A stretch of 64,000 nucleotides of DNA from an uncultured Chlamydiae bacterium (GCA_963828125.1 CAWHDP010000001.1:256001-320000); one strand, 5' to 3'; shown: positions 40,839 through 51,631, counted from the stretch's first letter. The notes: generated from the letters alone by a model not told the origin. Program-made: numbers and translations.

Positions 40839-42061
40839 AAAATTTAGTTTTCGCCCCTCCCCCATGGGGGAGGGGGCCTCCTCTCTCCTTCGGTGGAAGA
40901 GAAGTATTGTGCCTCAGCACCAACTCAGAGCTTTGCATATCCTCTGACTACCGCTAAAGCACCAATATGGCTGTCGTTAGGCAGCCGTAGTCATTAAAGA
41001 AAAGATTGGGGGTGGGTCGCTTTTCAATGTCGCCGGTGGGTCACTTTCTGGTGTCGCTTGACACTTGTTCAGAATAAACAAACAACCATCGTTGCTTGAC
41101 TGCCCCGTATTCGCTCTTAAACTCCTTTCCTTGATATCCGAGTTCTAAATTTTCTAACGGACCGGTGTATTGGACGATTTGTTTTGCCTCCACCAGCGTC
41201 TCTGGAACTCTTGTAACCCATTTTATCGATGATGACAAATCTCCAATTGTTGCCTTGGTGTACAATGCGCTGTCGGCCACAAAGTAGAGATTCTCGCCAG
41301 CTTGAATTTGTCCTCGTAATTCCTTCAATCGTTCTCGGAACAGCTCTTTGTCTGATGTGTTACCGGCCACTGTTTTTGCTAAAAGAGGCACGTCTCCATC
41401 CTGGCTCGACATCAGATAAATCATAAATTGTTTTAAGTCAGGACGATGATCTTTTGAATATCCAAATGTGACCAATCCTATTCCTTCATTGGTATCGTAT
41501 TCCCCATGCACCTGCATACTTGTAGAATCTAAGTGTCGAAATTTTTGAGATACTCCAAAACGCAGAGCAGCTTGAGAGGCTATAGATGCAAATAGAGGAT
41601 CGCATCCGGAAGCAAAAAGCTGGTTCAATGTCCTTCTCAATCGATCGTCATTGATCGCATCCTCGCAATCTTTTAATAGAAAGCGATTTACTGGCCGTGA
41701 AGAGAAAAATTGTGCTTCGAGATATAGGGGTCTGGAGGTAAACCCAAGCCCATTGATCACCATCAATTTAACGCATTCGCCGTGAGAAATTTTCATGCTT
41801 GGATCCGGTGGAAGTATCTTATCGATCATTTCCACTATCCCAATTTCATCACAAATTTGAGATACAATGCCCAGATGGTCTAAATTTTTACTGCGATAAG
41901 TGTTGTCCATGACGCCTCCCGTCTAAAAAGACATTTGATTTTACAGGAGACGCAAAAAAATATTTACTAAAATATATTGATCGATCTACGCTTTCTCTGA
42001 TCGGACCAAAAAAAATCCTAAAGTTGGTTTGCACCCTGCGGAGCAGGGTGCGGAATGTGGG

Positions 42062-42292
42062 CTGAAACATCACGCACTCCACAAACTGAGTGCCAACAAA
42101 TTGCTAGCCCTCACCGTGTTGCACAATTTTTTTACCTCACGAAAGGACGGCGGCACAGCTGCGGAGAGATTTTTTGGAAAAAAGCAACGAAATGTGTTCG
42201 AGTGGCTGCTGAGTACTATCGACTTGCCGGTCAGGCCGCGCAAGCGGGCACAGACGCAGGTGCAAAAAGCGCCGGAAAATCAAGCGGCTTGA
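42062..42292 (+). pseudogene. C-terminal remnant of a DUF6399-like transposase
   Basis: LTVLHNF...DGGTAAERFFG...FEWLL motif, cut by the IS1634 end. Confidence 0.55.
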
Positions 42293-42475
42293 TCACCACC
42301 GATGGGGTGGCGAATGATGAAGTTATGAAAATGGCCGTTTTTTCGGATCTTTTCCAGAATCACAGAAAAGTGGGCCCATCGCTTCATGATTTTGGGTCGG
42401 AGGATAAAACCCAAATGGTTTGAGGCAAGATATCGCAAGGAAGGGCCGTTTCTGCAAGTCGGCGATCAGGTTTGA

Positions 42476-42880
42476 TTAATTTTTACAAGCAACCAATGCT
42501 AATTCTCCGTCCATAACCGAGCGGATATCATCCGTATGTTTTCTTACCCAGCCAGCTATGTCTGGATCAAGCCTTATGGTAACCGATGGCTTAATAGATC
42601 CTTTTGGACGACCGGCACCGGCTCGTTTTCCGCCATGACCTTTTGTCTGGTTTTCAATAAAAGGATCTAAGTTGTTATTTAGTCGTTCTTCAATAAAATC
42701 TCGAAGGTATAGAGGATAGTTTTCTTTAGTCTCTTGTTTTGACTCACCCCCGTACTCAACTGGATAAAGAGGATGTGAAAATACCCACTCCGAAACTTCT
42801 TCGTCAAACCATGGCTTGATCTCACCGATTTCTTTAAGAGCCTTATTGAGATGATTTTCTATTTCTTCGTTGGTGGCCAT
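42476..42880 (-). CDS. HicB-like putative antitoxin
   Basis: N-terminal HicB-like segment, GGKRAGAGRPKG, C-terminal VTIRLDPDI DNA-binding motif. Confidence 0.55.
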   Translation of the reverse strand: MATNEEIENHLNKALKEIGEIKPWFDEEVSEWVFSHPLYPVEYGGESKQETKENYPLYLRDFIEERLNNNLDPFIENQTKGHGGKRAGAGRPKGSIKPSVTIRLDPDIAGWVRKHTDDIRSVMDGELALVACKN

Positions 42881-43089
42881 TTTAGTCCTTTTCCTTCGCA
42901 GATGCTTTCTACTCTTCGCACGCTTGTTGGCGACAATTCTCGTTTTTTTCCTTTGGCATGAATGATCTTGATTGCGCATAGGAATTGGTCTCCATTATAG
43001 AGTTTGTAGTCCATTGACCCCTTTTTCAACGTCCACCCTAAAATACGTAAATACCCTAGGAAGACTTTCTCGGGGATCGGCTTAGCCAT
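42859..43089 (-). CDS. HicA-like putative toxin
   Basis: Small basic protein L...GW...KGS.D...IH; overlaps the partner gene. Confidence 0.5.
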   Translation of the reverse strand: MAKPIPEKVFLGYLRILGWTLKKGSMDYKLYNGDQFLCAIKIIHAKGKKRELSPTSVRRVESICEGKGLKWPPTKK

Positions 43090-43188
43090 TTCTACTGCCT
43101 GTTACTCCATTTTACCAAATCTTGAAATATTGTGACAGAGAATCAAGTTTTATTCAAGAAGTAGTATAGAAATTATTCCTAAATCTCT

Positions 43189-43657
43189 CTATTTACGTTG
43201 TTTAAGATACTGGTATACAGTTTCTCTGCTAACCCCGAAGTCCCTGGCCACCCTAGCCTTAGAGAGCCCTAGGCTTATCTTTTCTTTCAGCTGGCCTACT
43301 TGTTCGGGGGATAGGGTTTTCTTTCGACCAGTATACACCCCTCTTGCTTTGGCCACAGCGATCCCCTCCCGCTGACGCTCCTTGATCAGACTGCGCTCAA
43401 ATTCAGCTACCGCGCCCAGCATGCTGAGGAGTAGGTTAGCCATTGGCGAATCCTCCCCGGTGAAAGTCAGCGATTCTTTGAGGAACTGAACGCGTATTCC
43501 TCGGTCGGTCAAGTTTTTCACGATTCGTCGTAGATCATCGAGATTGCGCGCTAAGCGATCCATGCTATGCACAACAACAACGTCGCCCTTGCGCACAAAT
43601 CTCAGCATTTCCTCAAGTTTTGGGCGTTTAGCATCCTTTCCACTAGCTTTATCTGTA
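43189..43657 (-). pseudogene. Serine resolvase/invertase lacking its N-terminus
   Basis: TDKASG..RP.L, DRLAR, AEFER.LI.ERQ.EG and C-terminal HTH; the catalytic N-terminal segment is absent beyond the IS. Confidence 0.85.
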
Positions 43658-45217
43658 GAGGGAATTGCAAAACTAACGACCAAAAAATGCTTTTTTGGGG
43701 AAGCTTGTGTAGCAAGAGGTCTTTTTGGGCCCCAAAAATCACTTTTTGGTCGTTAGTCTTGTAATTGCGTGAAAAATCCCCGTCTTTTGAGAAAGCAGAC
43801 CCATCGCCCCGCTGAAGGAGCACAATCAAGCACCTTTTCTTTGACTTCCATGCAGCGATGCGACGTGACCAATTGCATTAATTGATCTGCAGCTAGGGTC
43901 AGCACGCCGAATAAAAGGTGGCATGCCACCTTGGCGTACCCACGCACTCTGATTTTGCAAGCGCCAAATTCGTCTTTTAGGCGAGAATTGGTTCGCTCCG
44001 CAGTTGATCGAGCGTTATAGCGAAGTGTCTCGGGGAAAACTAGATTCAAAGTTTTTCTGGCCAAACTCTCCTCTGCCAAGGCTTTCTTCAACTCTTTATT
44101 TCTTCGCGGATTCTTATCGATCAAGGGAAAACATGTCCGAGAGATTGACTATGCTCAATGATGTCAGGGACATCATAGGCAGCATCCATTAAGTCATAGC
44201 AGTTGGCGATCCTTTCTTTTGTTATGATTGCTAACGGGATTGCGGCTTGGCTGTCATTAAGAGAGGCTGAAGTCACAAGTGCACTCACGGGGATACCGCC
44301 ATCTATGGTATCCAAGTGCAATTTATACCCGGTCCAATACATGACGTTACCTTTGTTATCTTTTTTTGCGCCTTTATCGCATGCAGTTGGCAGATCTGTT
44401 AACATTTCTTCCAACGTCATGGTTCTCTGTTTTTGTATGCGTGTCAGCTCAGGTTCGGGCTGTTCTTCGGATTTTTTGGGACGCCCTTTTTTCTTTGGCG
44501 TTTTCTTCTTTGCACATTCATCGGCAGCTTTTTTCTGAGGCTTTTCCCTCGCTTCGATCGCGGTAGAGTCGCGCGAATTATGCAAGATCACCTCACTTGC
44601 CAGCGTTTTCTCAATCAATGCCTTGTGTGCGCGCTGCGGAAGTTCCGTCTTCGCAAAGTCAGCAAAAGCCCTCGAAAAGGTCGCCTCGCTGGGGATCTGG
44701 GCTACGCATTCCCATCCGCAAATGCGCCTCATGTTTTTGTCGGACTTCAATCGGTCCAGTAGAAACGTCGTAGTATCGATGTTGTAGACCATTTTGGCAA
44801 TAAATGATCTGGCAATAGCAGAACGTGTTTTTTGGGAACGTCCCTCGCATCCATCATAGCAGGGGAGAAACTCTTCGATACGCACAAACTCTAAAATAGC
44901 AATGAGTTGTTGTTGTTTTTCTGTCAGAGGATCTAACTCCTCCTCTAACCATGGAAAAAGCGTGCCTTGAATTTTGCTCCAATAATGTCATAGAGTTTCT
45001 GTCAGTTGACTCATTGAGTTCGCTCCTTGCTCTGATGTTTTTTGTCCTGTAAAAACAGATTATATCAGACGCAAGGTATTAGTATAAAAGGATTTATAAG
45101 AGAAAATTCTGGCATTACGAAGCTGACAAGAAAGAGGGATTTTTCGGCGCCCAAATAGCGCTTGCTACATGAGTCCCGAAAAATCCCTCTTTCTTGTTAG
45201 TTTTGCAATTCCCTCTA
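43656..45217 (-). mobile_element. IS5/IS1182-like insertion sequence
   Basis: 22-bp inverted repeats TAGAGGGAATTGCAAAACTAAC (the terminal TA may be a target duplication). Confidence 0.85.
43753..45014 (-). pseudogene. DDE transposase with a nonsense codon (codon 9) and a frameshift (~44125)
   Basis: MSQLTETL*HYWSKIQ...; DSTAI, GYKLH, MDAAYD, ERTNSRLK split across two frames. Confidence 0.82.
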
Positions 45218-45321
45218 TTGAAATACAGAGATAAAAGTAGGGGAAACATGGTTCTCGGTTTTGACGATCCAGATTTTAAGGATTTAGTCGCGAACTTTAT
45301 GCAGGATGATAGCTATGAGAA

Positions 45322-45954
45322 GTGATCACCTACAAGACAGCTTATGGGGAATATATGGATGACGAGTTATCTCCCGTTTCGCAGAAAATAACCAAACCGA
45401 AAACAGATCCATGCTTGGTTTTTAAGTGCACATGGAACAATGAGGTGGGAACTGAAACCATTGAATCGATGGCTCTTTCCAGTGGAGAACAGCTCAACCA
45501 GGAAATTCTGAATAAATTCTTAGAGACTCTCCAACATACTGCTGGCTCCCAGAATTGGGAACATGTAGTAGCTATTCTTTCTACTTTGTCGCAGGGAATG
45601 CCCCAGTTTCAACGTCAAGATCAATTGAATCATATTGCGGCCATGCTGCCCCTCACTCACCCACAGGACAAGATTGAGGCCATGCTGTTCGGACAGTTTA
45701 TCGCTCTACATGAGACTGGGTTAAATCAACTAGGATCTGCAAATAGACAGGGCGTCCCAATCCAGAAAGAACGTTCCTACCAAATTGCCGCTAAGCTTCT
45801 AAACACAGCCAATCTAACTTTGCAAACTCTCCTGAAATATCGTGCCAAGGGCGAGCAAAAAATGCAGGTTGTTCACGTGAACGGGGGGCAAGCGATCGTT
45901 GCCCAGACTATTCAGGCAGATAAAGGTCCAAGAGAGGGGCCGGAAAAAAACTAA
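45322..45954 (+). CDS. Conserved hypothetical protein adjacent to an HGGxSTG gene
   Basis: P.D.IEAML..Q...H and L.KYR..GEQK.QV.HV.GGQAIV motifs; start may be ATG 45355. Confidence 0.65.
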   Translation: MITYKTAYGEYMDDELSPVSQKITKPKTDPCLVFKCTWNNEVGTETIESMALSSGEQLNQEILNKFLETLQHTAGSQNWEHVVAILSTLSQGMPQFQRQDQLNHIAAMLPLTHPQDKIEAMLFGQFIALHETGLNQLGSANRQGVPIQKERSYQIAAKLLNTANLTLQTLLKYRAKGEQKMQVVHVNGGQAIVAQTIQADKGPREGPEKN

Positions 45955-45973
45955 TTAATGAACCCCTTGCATC

Positions 45974-46231
45974 ATGGCGCAGTGTACAGCAACAAGCAAA
46001 CGGTCAAAAGAGCAATGTAAGAATTGGGCGATCCGTCGGAGAGGTACTTGTAGGATGCATGGAGGAACCGCTAAGGGACCGAGAACCAAAAGGGGAAGGG
46101 AACATGCACGCCTGGCCGTTCTCAAGCATGGAGGATTCTCTCAAAAGGCCATGCATGAATATCGGGAACTAATGACCCTAATTCGTTGCAGCAAAAGATT
46201 TCTCCAGTCTTTGAGTTTTGAAGCTCTGTAG
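45974..46231 (+). CDS. HGGxSTG-domain protein
   Basis: C.A.SKRS...C......G.CRMHGG...GPRT..G......LKHG. Confidence 0.8.
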   Translation: MAQCTATSKRSKEQCKNWAIRRRGTCRMHGGTAKGPRTKRGREHARLAVLKHGGFSQKAMHEYRELMTLIRCSKRFLQSLSFEAL

Positions 46232-46324
46232 AACGTTAGCATTAAAATGCTGAAGCTTCAAGACGTCTTGACTTTTCTAAAATTTTATGGCACGATCGCT
46301 AATCGTTCAACTTTAAGAGGATCC

Positions 46325-46522
46325 ATGTCAGATAAAGAGCAGATTGTACTTTCGAAAAAGGCCAAAACTACTGTTTACATGACGGAGGAAGAGGAAATTC
46401 TTTTGAATGAGCTGTTCATTAAACGACTCAGAGAACGCCGAAAAACCGATAAATCTGCTCTTCTTTGCGAGGGCATTCGTTTGCTCTTTGAGAAAGAAAT
46501 TGGAGCTCCAAACAATGGATAA
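46325..46522 (+). CDS. Small ribbon-helix-helix-like protein (paralog of 12608-12802)
   Basis: Core KAKTTVYMTEEEE...ELFIKRLRERRKTDKSALLCEGIRLLFEKEIG shared. Confidence 0.65.
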   Translation: MSDKEQIVLSKKAKTTVYMTEEEEILLNELFIKRLRERRKTDKSALLCEGIRLLFEKEIGAPNNG

Positions 46523-47567
46523 AAATTCTTTGGCTCAACCCGACAACCAAATCGATACTCTACCCGAAGGTTACAAGGACATCTTGGCTTCGATCATTAC
46601 AAAGATTAAGGCCGCTCAGGCAAGAGCCTTAAAAGCCGTCAACCAAGAGCTCATAGAAATTTATAGAGACATAGGAAAGACCATTCATGAAAAACAAGAG
46701 CAGCGTGAATGGGGAGACAATGTTGTAGAGCGTTTGGCCAAAGATCTTCAGAACGGTTTCCCTGGCATCAAGGGGTTTTCTTCTCGTAATCTATGGAGAA
46801 TGAGGGACTTATATAAATCTTACCAGGGGAACGAAAAACTGACGACATTGTCGTCAGAAATTAGCTGGTCTCACAACGTTGCCCTCCTCTCGAAGTGTAA
46901 GGATCTTCTTGAAAAAGAATTTTATATGAAGATGGCCAAGAGGAATGGCTGGACCTACCGTGTATTGATCCATCACATTGAAAACGGCACCTATGAAAAA
47001 ACAATCATAAGCCAGTCTAACTTTGAGAAGAGTCTCCCGACCAATCTTCATCCCGAAGCAAAACTTGCTGTGAGGGATGATTACGCGCTTGATTTTCTCG
47101 AGATTGGAGATGAACACACAGAGCGCGAATTGGAACGAGCCATCGTCCGGAATATCGAACTCTTCTTGCGTGAAGTGGGAAGTGCCTATTCATTTATCGG
47201 CTCACAATATCGCTTAGAGATCGAAGGGCAGGAATTTTTCATTGATCTGCTCTTATTTCACCGAAAGTTAAGAGCCTTGGTTGCAATCGAGCTAAAAGTG
47301 ACCGAATTCATCCCTGAATACATCGGTAAGATGCAGTTCTATCTATCCGTCCTTGATGATAAGGTTCGTCTTGAAGGAGAAAACCCAGCCATCGGGATTA
47401 TCCTCTGTAAAAGCAAAACAAGAACAGTCGTAGAGTATGCCCTCAAGGATGCAACCAAGCCGATCAATATTGCGTCGTATCACATGGTCAAGACGCTGCC
47501 ACAGGAGCTGAAAGACCAATTGCCGTCTCCAGAGCAAATTGCCCTCCTACTAGAGCATATGAGCTGA
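46515..47567 (+). CDS. YhcG/DUF1016 PDDEXK nuclease family protein
   Basis: Same motifs as 12795-13853; ATG 46515 overlaps the upstream gene. Confidence 0.92.
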   Translation: MDKNSLAQPDNQIDTLPEGYKDILASIITKIKAAQARALKAVNQELIEIYRDIGKTIHEKQEQREWGDNVVERLAKDLQNGFPGIKGFSSRNLWRMRDLYKSYQGNEKLTTLSSEISWSHNVALLSKCKDLLEKEFYMKMAKRNGWTYRVLIHHIENGTYEKTIISQSNFEKSLPTNLHPEAKLAVRDDYALDFLEIGDEHTERELERAIVRNIELFLREVGSAYSFIGSQYRLEIEGQEFFIDLLLFHRKLRALVAIELKVTEFIPEYIGKMQFYLSVLDDKVRLEGENPAIGIILCKSKTRTVVEYALKDATKPINIASYHMVKTLPQELKDQLPSPEQIALLLEHMS

Positions 47568-47574
47568 GGTTAAG

Positions 47575-48039
47575 ATGATCCATTTTTTTATTATTCTACA
47601 AACCATTCTGTTTTTTTTCATGGCTCTTCATGATTGGGTAGATATCCCGCCGTTTACCAATCTTTCCGCATTGAGGAAAGCTCATTCACTTCGATTCCGT
47701 CTGCTTGGATCTTGCATCAACGGAGGTTTGGTATTACTTCCTCTCATTGTTACTTTGCTCTATACATCCTCACCAATGCCTCTCTGGGCTCGGTTGTTTC
47801 TTACCGGCATTTATGGGCTTATCACAATAGGGACTATTACCGCTTGGTGGATCCCATATTTTGGAGGAGGATATTGGATACAGGGAAATAAAGCGGGATT
47901 TGAAGAATATCGCGATACTCATTCTTTTCTACCACCAAGAGGTAGTAATGTTGTTCCAAACACTCTTCATGTCATTTTGCATCTTCAAATTTGGAGCTGC
48001 TTTGGCTTGTCACTTTACTGGCTGTTTTCTGGAGGATAA
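47575..48039 (+). CDS. Membrane protein
   Basis: Four hydrophobic segments; HDWVDIPP, WWIPYF and PNTLH motifs. Confidence 0.7.
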   Translation: MIHFFIILQTILFFFMALHDWVDIPPFTNLSALRKAHSLRFRLLGSCINGGLVLLPLIVTLLYTSSPMPLWARLFLTGIYGLITIGTITAWWIPYFGGGYWIQGNKAGFEEYRDTHSFLPPRGSNVVPNTLHVILHLQIWSCFGLSLYWLFSGG

Positions 48040-48043
48040 CTCA

Positions 48044-49168
48044 ATGGCAAATAGTTCTGTGCAAATTATCTACTTGAATGGACCGTCCAGCAGCGGCAAG
48101 ACAACGCTAGCAAAAGGATTACAACACGCGTTTGATGACCTATTTTTGCATATAGGCATTGATAAAATCATCGAGTGGATGCCAGAAAAAGTAAATGATT
48201 GGACGGGAGGTGTTGCTCCCCTTGGATATAGCTGGAAAAAAAGCGCTGATGAATCAGGAAACCCTATCCAAGAACTTCAGATTGGCCCTTACGCTGAAAA
48301 GATAGCAGATACGTTCCAAGAAATAGTGCTCTTGCTTGCTAAAATGGGGCATCATTTGATCATCGATGATGTTTCATTTGGGAAAAGACAGGTGGATGAG
48401 TGGAAGGCATTTTTGAGAGATTTTAAAGTCTTGTGGGTGGGAGTCAATGCCCCCCTTTCTATTTTAGAACAAAGGGAAAAGGAACGAGGCAATCGAATTG
48501 TAGGATCAGCGCGAGGGCAGTTTCATAGAGTGCATGCCGATGCCACTTATGATCTGGAGATAGACACGCACCACGCAACTCTTGCCGCAAACGTTGAAAA
48601 GATTAGATTTTTAGCTTCTGCTCGCGAAAATCAAGGTGAAAATCAGCCTCTTTTACGCTCTCTACAAAAAACAGATATTTCAACCTTAGTAAATCGATAT
48701 TCCTTCCCATGGTCTACTCCAGAAAAAACTACGGCGCTTTGGGACACGTATTACGAAGAACAAGAAAGCGGGATCCGCACTGTAGTGGTAGTAGAAAAAA
48801 ATCGTGACATCTTAGGTTATGGTAGCCTGCTTCGCAAGTCAGAATATTCCTTCTTCTTGAGCAGTAATATTCCCGAAATAAATGCTGTTTGGATCGACGA
48901 AGAGCATAGAGGGAAAGGCCTCGGAACAGCTCTTATCAAATGGATAGAAAATCTTGCAGTCGGGGAGGGGTATGACAAGATAGGGATTGGAGTTGGGTTA
49001 TATCGCGACTATGGCCCAGCACAACAGCTTTATTTTCAGCTAGGCTATACTCCTGATGGCAATGGCACCACTTACAAAGGCCAACCCACCGTGCCAGGGC
49101 AAACTTATCCATTAGATGATGATTTTATCCTTTGGTTAATGAAGAGACTGGACAAAAAAGCTCTATGA
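48044..49168 (+). CDS. Chloramphenicol phosphotransferase-like P-loop kinase fused to a GNAT domain
   Basis: IIYLNGPSSSGKTT, LIIDDV, RE..RG.R..G.AR.Q, YDLEIDT; then HRGKGLG...LGY.PDG; GGAGG RBS. Confidence 0.85.
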   Translation: MANSSVQIIYLNGPSSSGKTTLAKGLQHAFDDLFLHIGIDKIIEWMPEKVNDWTGGVAPLGYSWKKSADESGNPIQELQIGPYAEKIADTFQEIVLLLAKMGHHLIIDDVSFGKRQVDEWKAFLRDFKVLWVGVNAPLSILEQREKERGNRIVGSARGQFHRVHADATYDLEIDTHHATLAANVEKIRFLASARENQGENQPLLRSLQKTDISTLVNRYSFPWSTPEKTTALWDTYYEEQESGIRTVVVVEKNRDILGYGSLLRKSEYSFFLSSNIPEINAVWIDEEHRGKGLGTALIKWIENLAVGEGYDKIGIGVGLYRDYGPAQQLYFQLGYTPDGNGTTYKGQPTVPGQTYPLDDDFILWLMKRLDKKAL

Positions 49169-49662
49169 CCAAAATGCATGTAAATGAATTTCACTTCGCT
49201 CCCGCTATACCTTCTCAAAGATCTATGCTACATCAATGGTTTGAGCAAAAACACATCAAGGCATGGATGCATGGAGTAGGGCTACAAAACACGTTGGATG
49301 GTCTAGAGAGGTTCTTCCAGGGAAACTCTGATACAACCTATTGGGTGGGATATGATAAAGATACCCCATTCGCTTTTCTAATCACCTCTTGCGAAGGAAA
49401 AGACGCGATTACTTTGGATGTGTTCATCTGCGATTCAAACTATTTGGGTAGAGGGCTCGCAGTGCCGATGATCCGAAAATTTTTAACTACCCATTTCTCA
49501 AATATGCAAAAAGTTCTGATAGACCCAGAAGCAACGAATACCAGAGCCATCCATGTTTATGAGAAGATCGGCTTTAAAATTACGGGAGAATTCATTGCCA
49601 GCTGGCACCCAGTTCCGCACTACCAAATGGAGCTGAACATGGAGGATCTATGTACAAAGTAG
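49165..49662 (+). CDS. GNAT acetyltransferase (AAC(6')-like)
   Basis: YLGRGLA, IDPEATNTRAIHVYEKIGF. Confidence 0.85.
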   Translation: MTKMHVNEFHFAPAIPSQRSMLHQWFEQKHIKAWMHGVGLQNTLDGLERFFQGNSDTTYWVGYDKDTPFAFLITSCEGKDAITLDVFICDSNYLGRGLAVPMIRKFLTTHFSNMQKVLIDPEATNTRAIHVYEKIGFKITGEFIASWHPVPHYQMELNMEDLCTK

Positions 49663-50765
49663 TTATCGATCATCACCCTAGCCACCCTGACAATGAAGTC
49701 GTAAGAGAAGGTCTAATCAGATCTTATGAAGCTCAATTCGGTGAGCGAGATAAGCAGTTCTCTATTTTCTTAAAAAGCGACTTAGGCGAAGTTTTTGGTG
49801 GCATTCAAGCAATTTTTGATTCGGAAGCAATCTATATTGAAGCATTGTGGATTGAGGAAAATCTCAGAAAACAAGGGTACGGCAAAAAACTGTTGATTGC
49901 AGCGGAAGGAGAAGCCATTAAAAATGGATGTGTTTTTTCCTTAGTGGATACCTGGGACTTTCAAGCGGAAGAGTTTTATTTAAAAAATGGATATGTACGG
50001 ATAGGGGAATTAAAGAATTATTGGCACGACCATTCAAAAATATTTCTTAGAAAAAAATTAAAATCGACACGAGTAACTGCTCTAGGTCTTCAAAATCGCG
50101 AAAAATCTTTAGTCGGGAGAGCAAATATCAGGCTTTGCAAGGCAACTAAAGAAGACAGGGACACGATCCAAAATCTCGGTCGTTTTTACGTTTATGAAAT
50201 GTCGAGATATTGCGGTTTTTTACCGGATTGGGAAATACCGGTTAATGGCCTTTTCGAGTGCAGAGACCTTAGTTCTTACTGTGAACAGCCAGATCGCTAT
50301 GCATTTTTAATCAAGGTGGATGATGAGTTGGCGGGATTTGTGTTGATCAATAAGATTGGAACCACTCCGGACGTTGATTGGAATGTGGGTGAATTTTTTG
50401 TTGTTTCCAAGTTCCAAGGGAAAGGAGTTGGTCTTTATGTAGCAGAGCAAATTTTTAATCAATTCCAAGGGATTTGGGAGACAACGCAAATACCAGAAAA
50501 CAAAGCAGCTATCGATTTCTGGGAAAAGGTAGTGACTCGTTATACAGGGGGGCAATTCGCAAAGAGTTGTAAGATTGTTCCGAAACCGACACCGCTAAAG
50601 CATGTAGAGAAGATCGCAAAACAAAATAAATGTCATTTGGCTCATTTAGATACATTTGATTTCCAGGCAAAGGACTTTTATCTTGAGCATGGATATTCTG
50701 TTTTCGGCGTTCTAGAGAATGCTCCAAAAGGGCATTCCCGTTACTACATGAAAAAGGATCTATAA
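49650..50765 (+). CDS. Chimeric multi-GNAT protein
   Basis: Two GNAT domains (LRKQGYG; FQGKGVG) plus a tail nearly identical to the C-terminus of 18434-18856. Confidence 0.8.
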   Translation: MYKVVIDHHPSHPDNEVVREGLIRSYEAQFGERDKQFSIFLKSDLGEVFGGIQAIFDSEAIYIEALWIEENLRKQGYGKKLLIAAEGEAIKNGCVFSLVDTWDFQAEEFYLKNGYVRIGELKNYWHDHSKIFLRKKLKSTRVTALGLQNREKSLVGRANIRLCKATKEDRDTIQNLGRFYVYEMSRYCGFLPDWEIPVNGLFECRDLSSYCEQPDRYAFLIKVDDELAGFVLINKIGTTPDVDWNVGEFFVVSKFQGKGVGLYVAEQIFNQFQGIWETTQIPENKAAIDFWEKVVTRYTGGQFAKSCKIVPKPTPLKHVEKIAKQNKCHLAHLDTFDFQAKDFYLEHGYSVFGVLENAPKGHSRYYMKKDL

Positions 50766-50812
50766 GGAGAAAATGTGGATCCTCTCATCTCTCGATATAT
50801 TGAGGAAAATTT

Positions 50813-51463
50813 ATGAAAATGGTGGCGATTTCTGAATTTTTGGATGATTTAAATAAACGATTTGGCATTTACCTTGATACTGTACAGGGATTTATTTCAA
50901 ATCATAGATGGTTGTTACAGAGTCAGGAAAAAGTTCAACGACAGCATGGGTTATCTATAGAACAGCAAGATGCCGCTTTTATGATTCGAAGCAATCATCC
51001 GCCGTCTCCAGACTTGGAAGAATGTGCTCGAAGAGAAAAACACTGGATGACTCAAGCACAATATAAGGAGAATAATGCGTTGGGCGGTCTGAATCATAGG
51101 ATAGCGCTTGAGGATTGCTTGTGTGCAATCTACAATTTATGGGACGAATTTAAAACGTGTATTCTCAAGAAAAAGGGGATGCCCGATAGGCAGATAATGC
51201 CAGTCATGGATTATCTCAACAATATGCGAGATCGGTTGACTCATCACAAAAATCATCCGGAAAAGGGGAAAAGCAAGTTGATAGAAGCTCTTCCCCTCAA
51301 ATATTTACAGCACGCTTTACCCTCATTTGCCAAAGACCAAAATATCGCTCTTTCTCCTGATGATTTAGATGCCATTATTGTAGAAGTGCGTGGGTGGATT
51401 CAAGCGACTGTATCTCCTGTTAATGCCGGAATTTTGCCGGAGTCGCCGATTTCCAGCGTTTGA
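50813..51463 (+). CDS. Hypothetical protein
   Basis: 216-aa ORF with GAGGA RBS; contains RDRLTH (RX4H); runs into the right arm. Confidence 0.6.
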   Translation: MKMVAISEFLDDLNKRFGIYLDTVQGFISNHRWLLQSQEKVQRQHGLSIEQQDAAFMIRSNHPPSPDLEECARREKHWMTQAQYKENNALGGLNHRIALEDCLCAIYNLWDEFKTCILKKKGMPDRQIMPVMDYLNNMRDRLTHHKNHPEKGKSKLIEALPLKYLQHALPSFAKDQNIALSPDDLDAIIVEVRGWIQATVSPVNAGILPESPISSV

Positions 51464-51580
51464 CTTTGGTTGCTCTCCCTTACCAATATTTCTTAGAAAA
51501 AATCTCATTTCCTCTATAGACTTGTGTAAGCAAAGATGATCTAAGGTCATTTGAAGTACTTGAAGGAAACGGTTCCTCAA

Positions 51581-51631
51581 GACTGTTTGTTAATCCATTG
51601 GTCGAATGTTCGAATCATACACCCGGAGTTT
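51581..51631 (+). repeat. att core copy 4 (4-bp TGTT duplication, hybrid T stem)
   Basis: GACTGTTTGTTAATCCATTGGTCGAATGTTCGAATCATACACCCGGAGTTT. Confidence 0.92.

Larger units (their letters stand above)
38681..41063 (+). mobile_element. IS21-family insertion sequence
   Basis: TGTCA...TGACA ends with subterminal repeats; 5-bp target duplication CTTGT. Confidence 0.95.
37921..41910 (-). pseudogene. IS1634-family transposase split by IS21
   Basis: LDHLGIV, HLDSTS, GYSKDHRPDLKQ, VADSALY, YKGQQSVERGFRFLK; rejoins in frame (YSEQ-AYIREEK) without the IS21. Confidence 0.9.
37903..42061 (-). mobile_element. IS1634-family element containing a nested IS21
   Basis: 17-bp inverted repeats CCCACATTCCGCACCCT (37903-37919 / 42045-42061); no target duplication. 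Confidence 0.85.
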
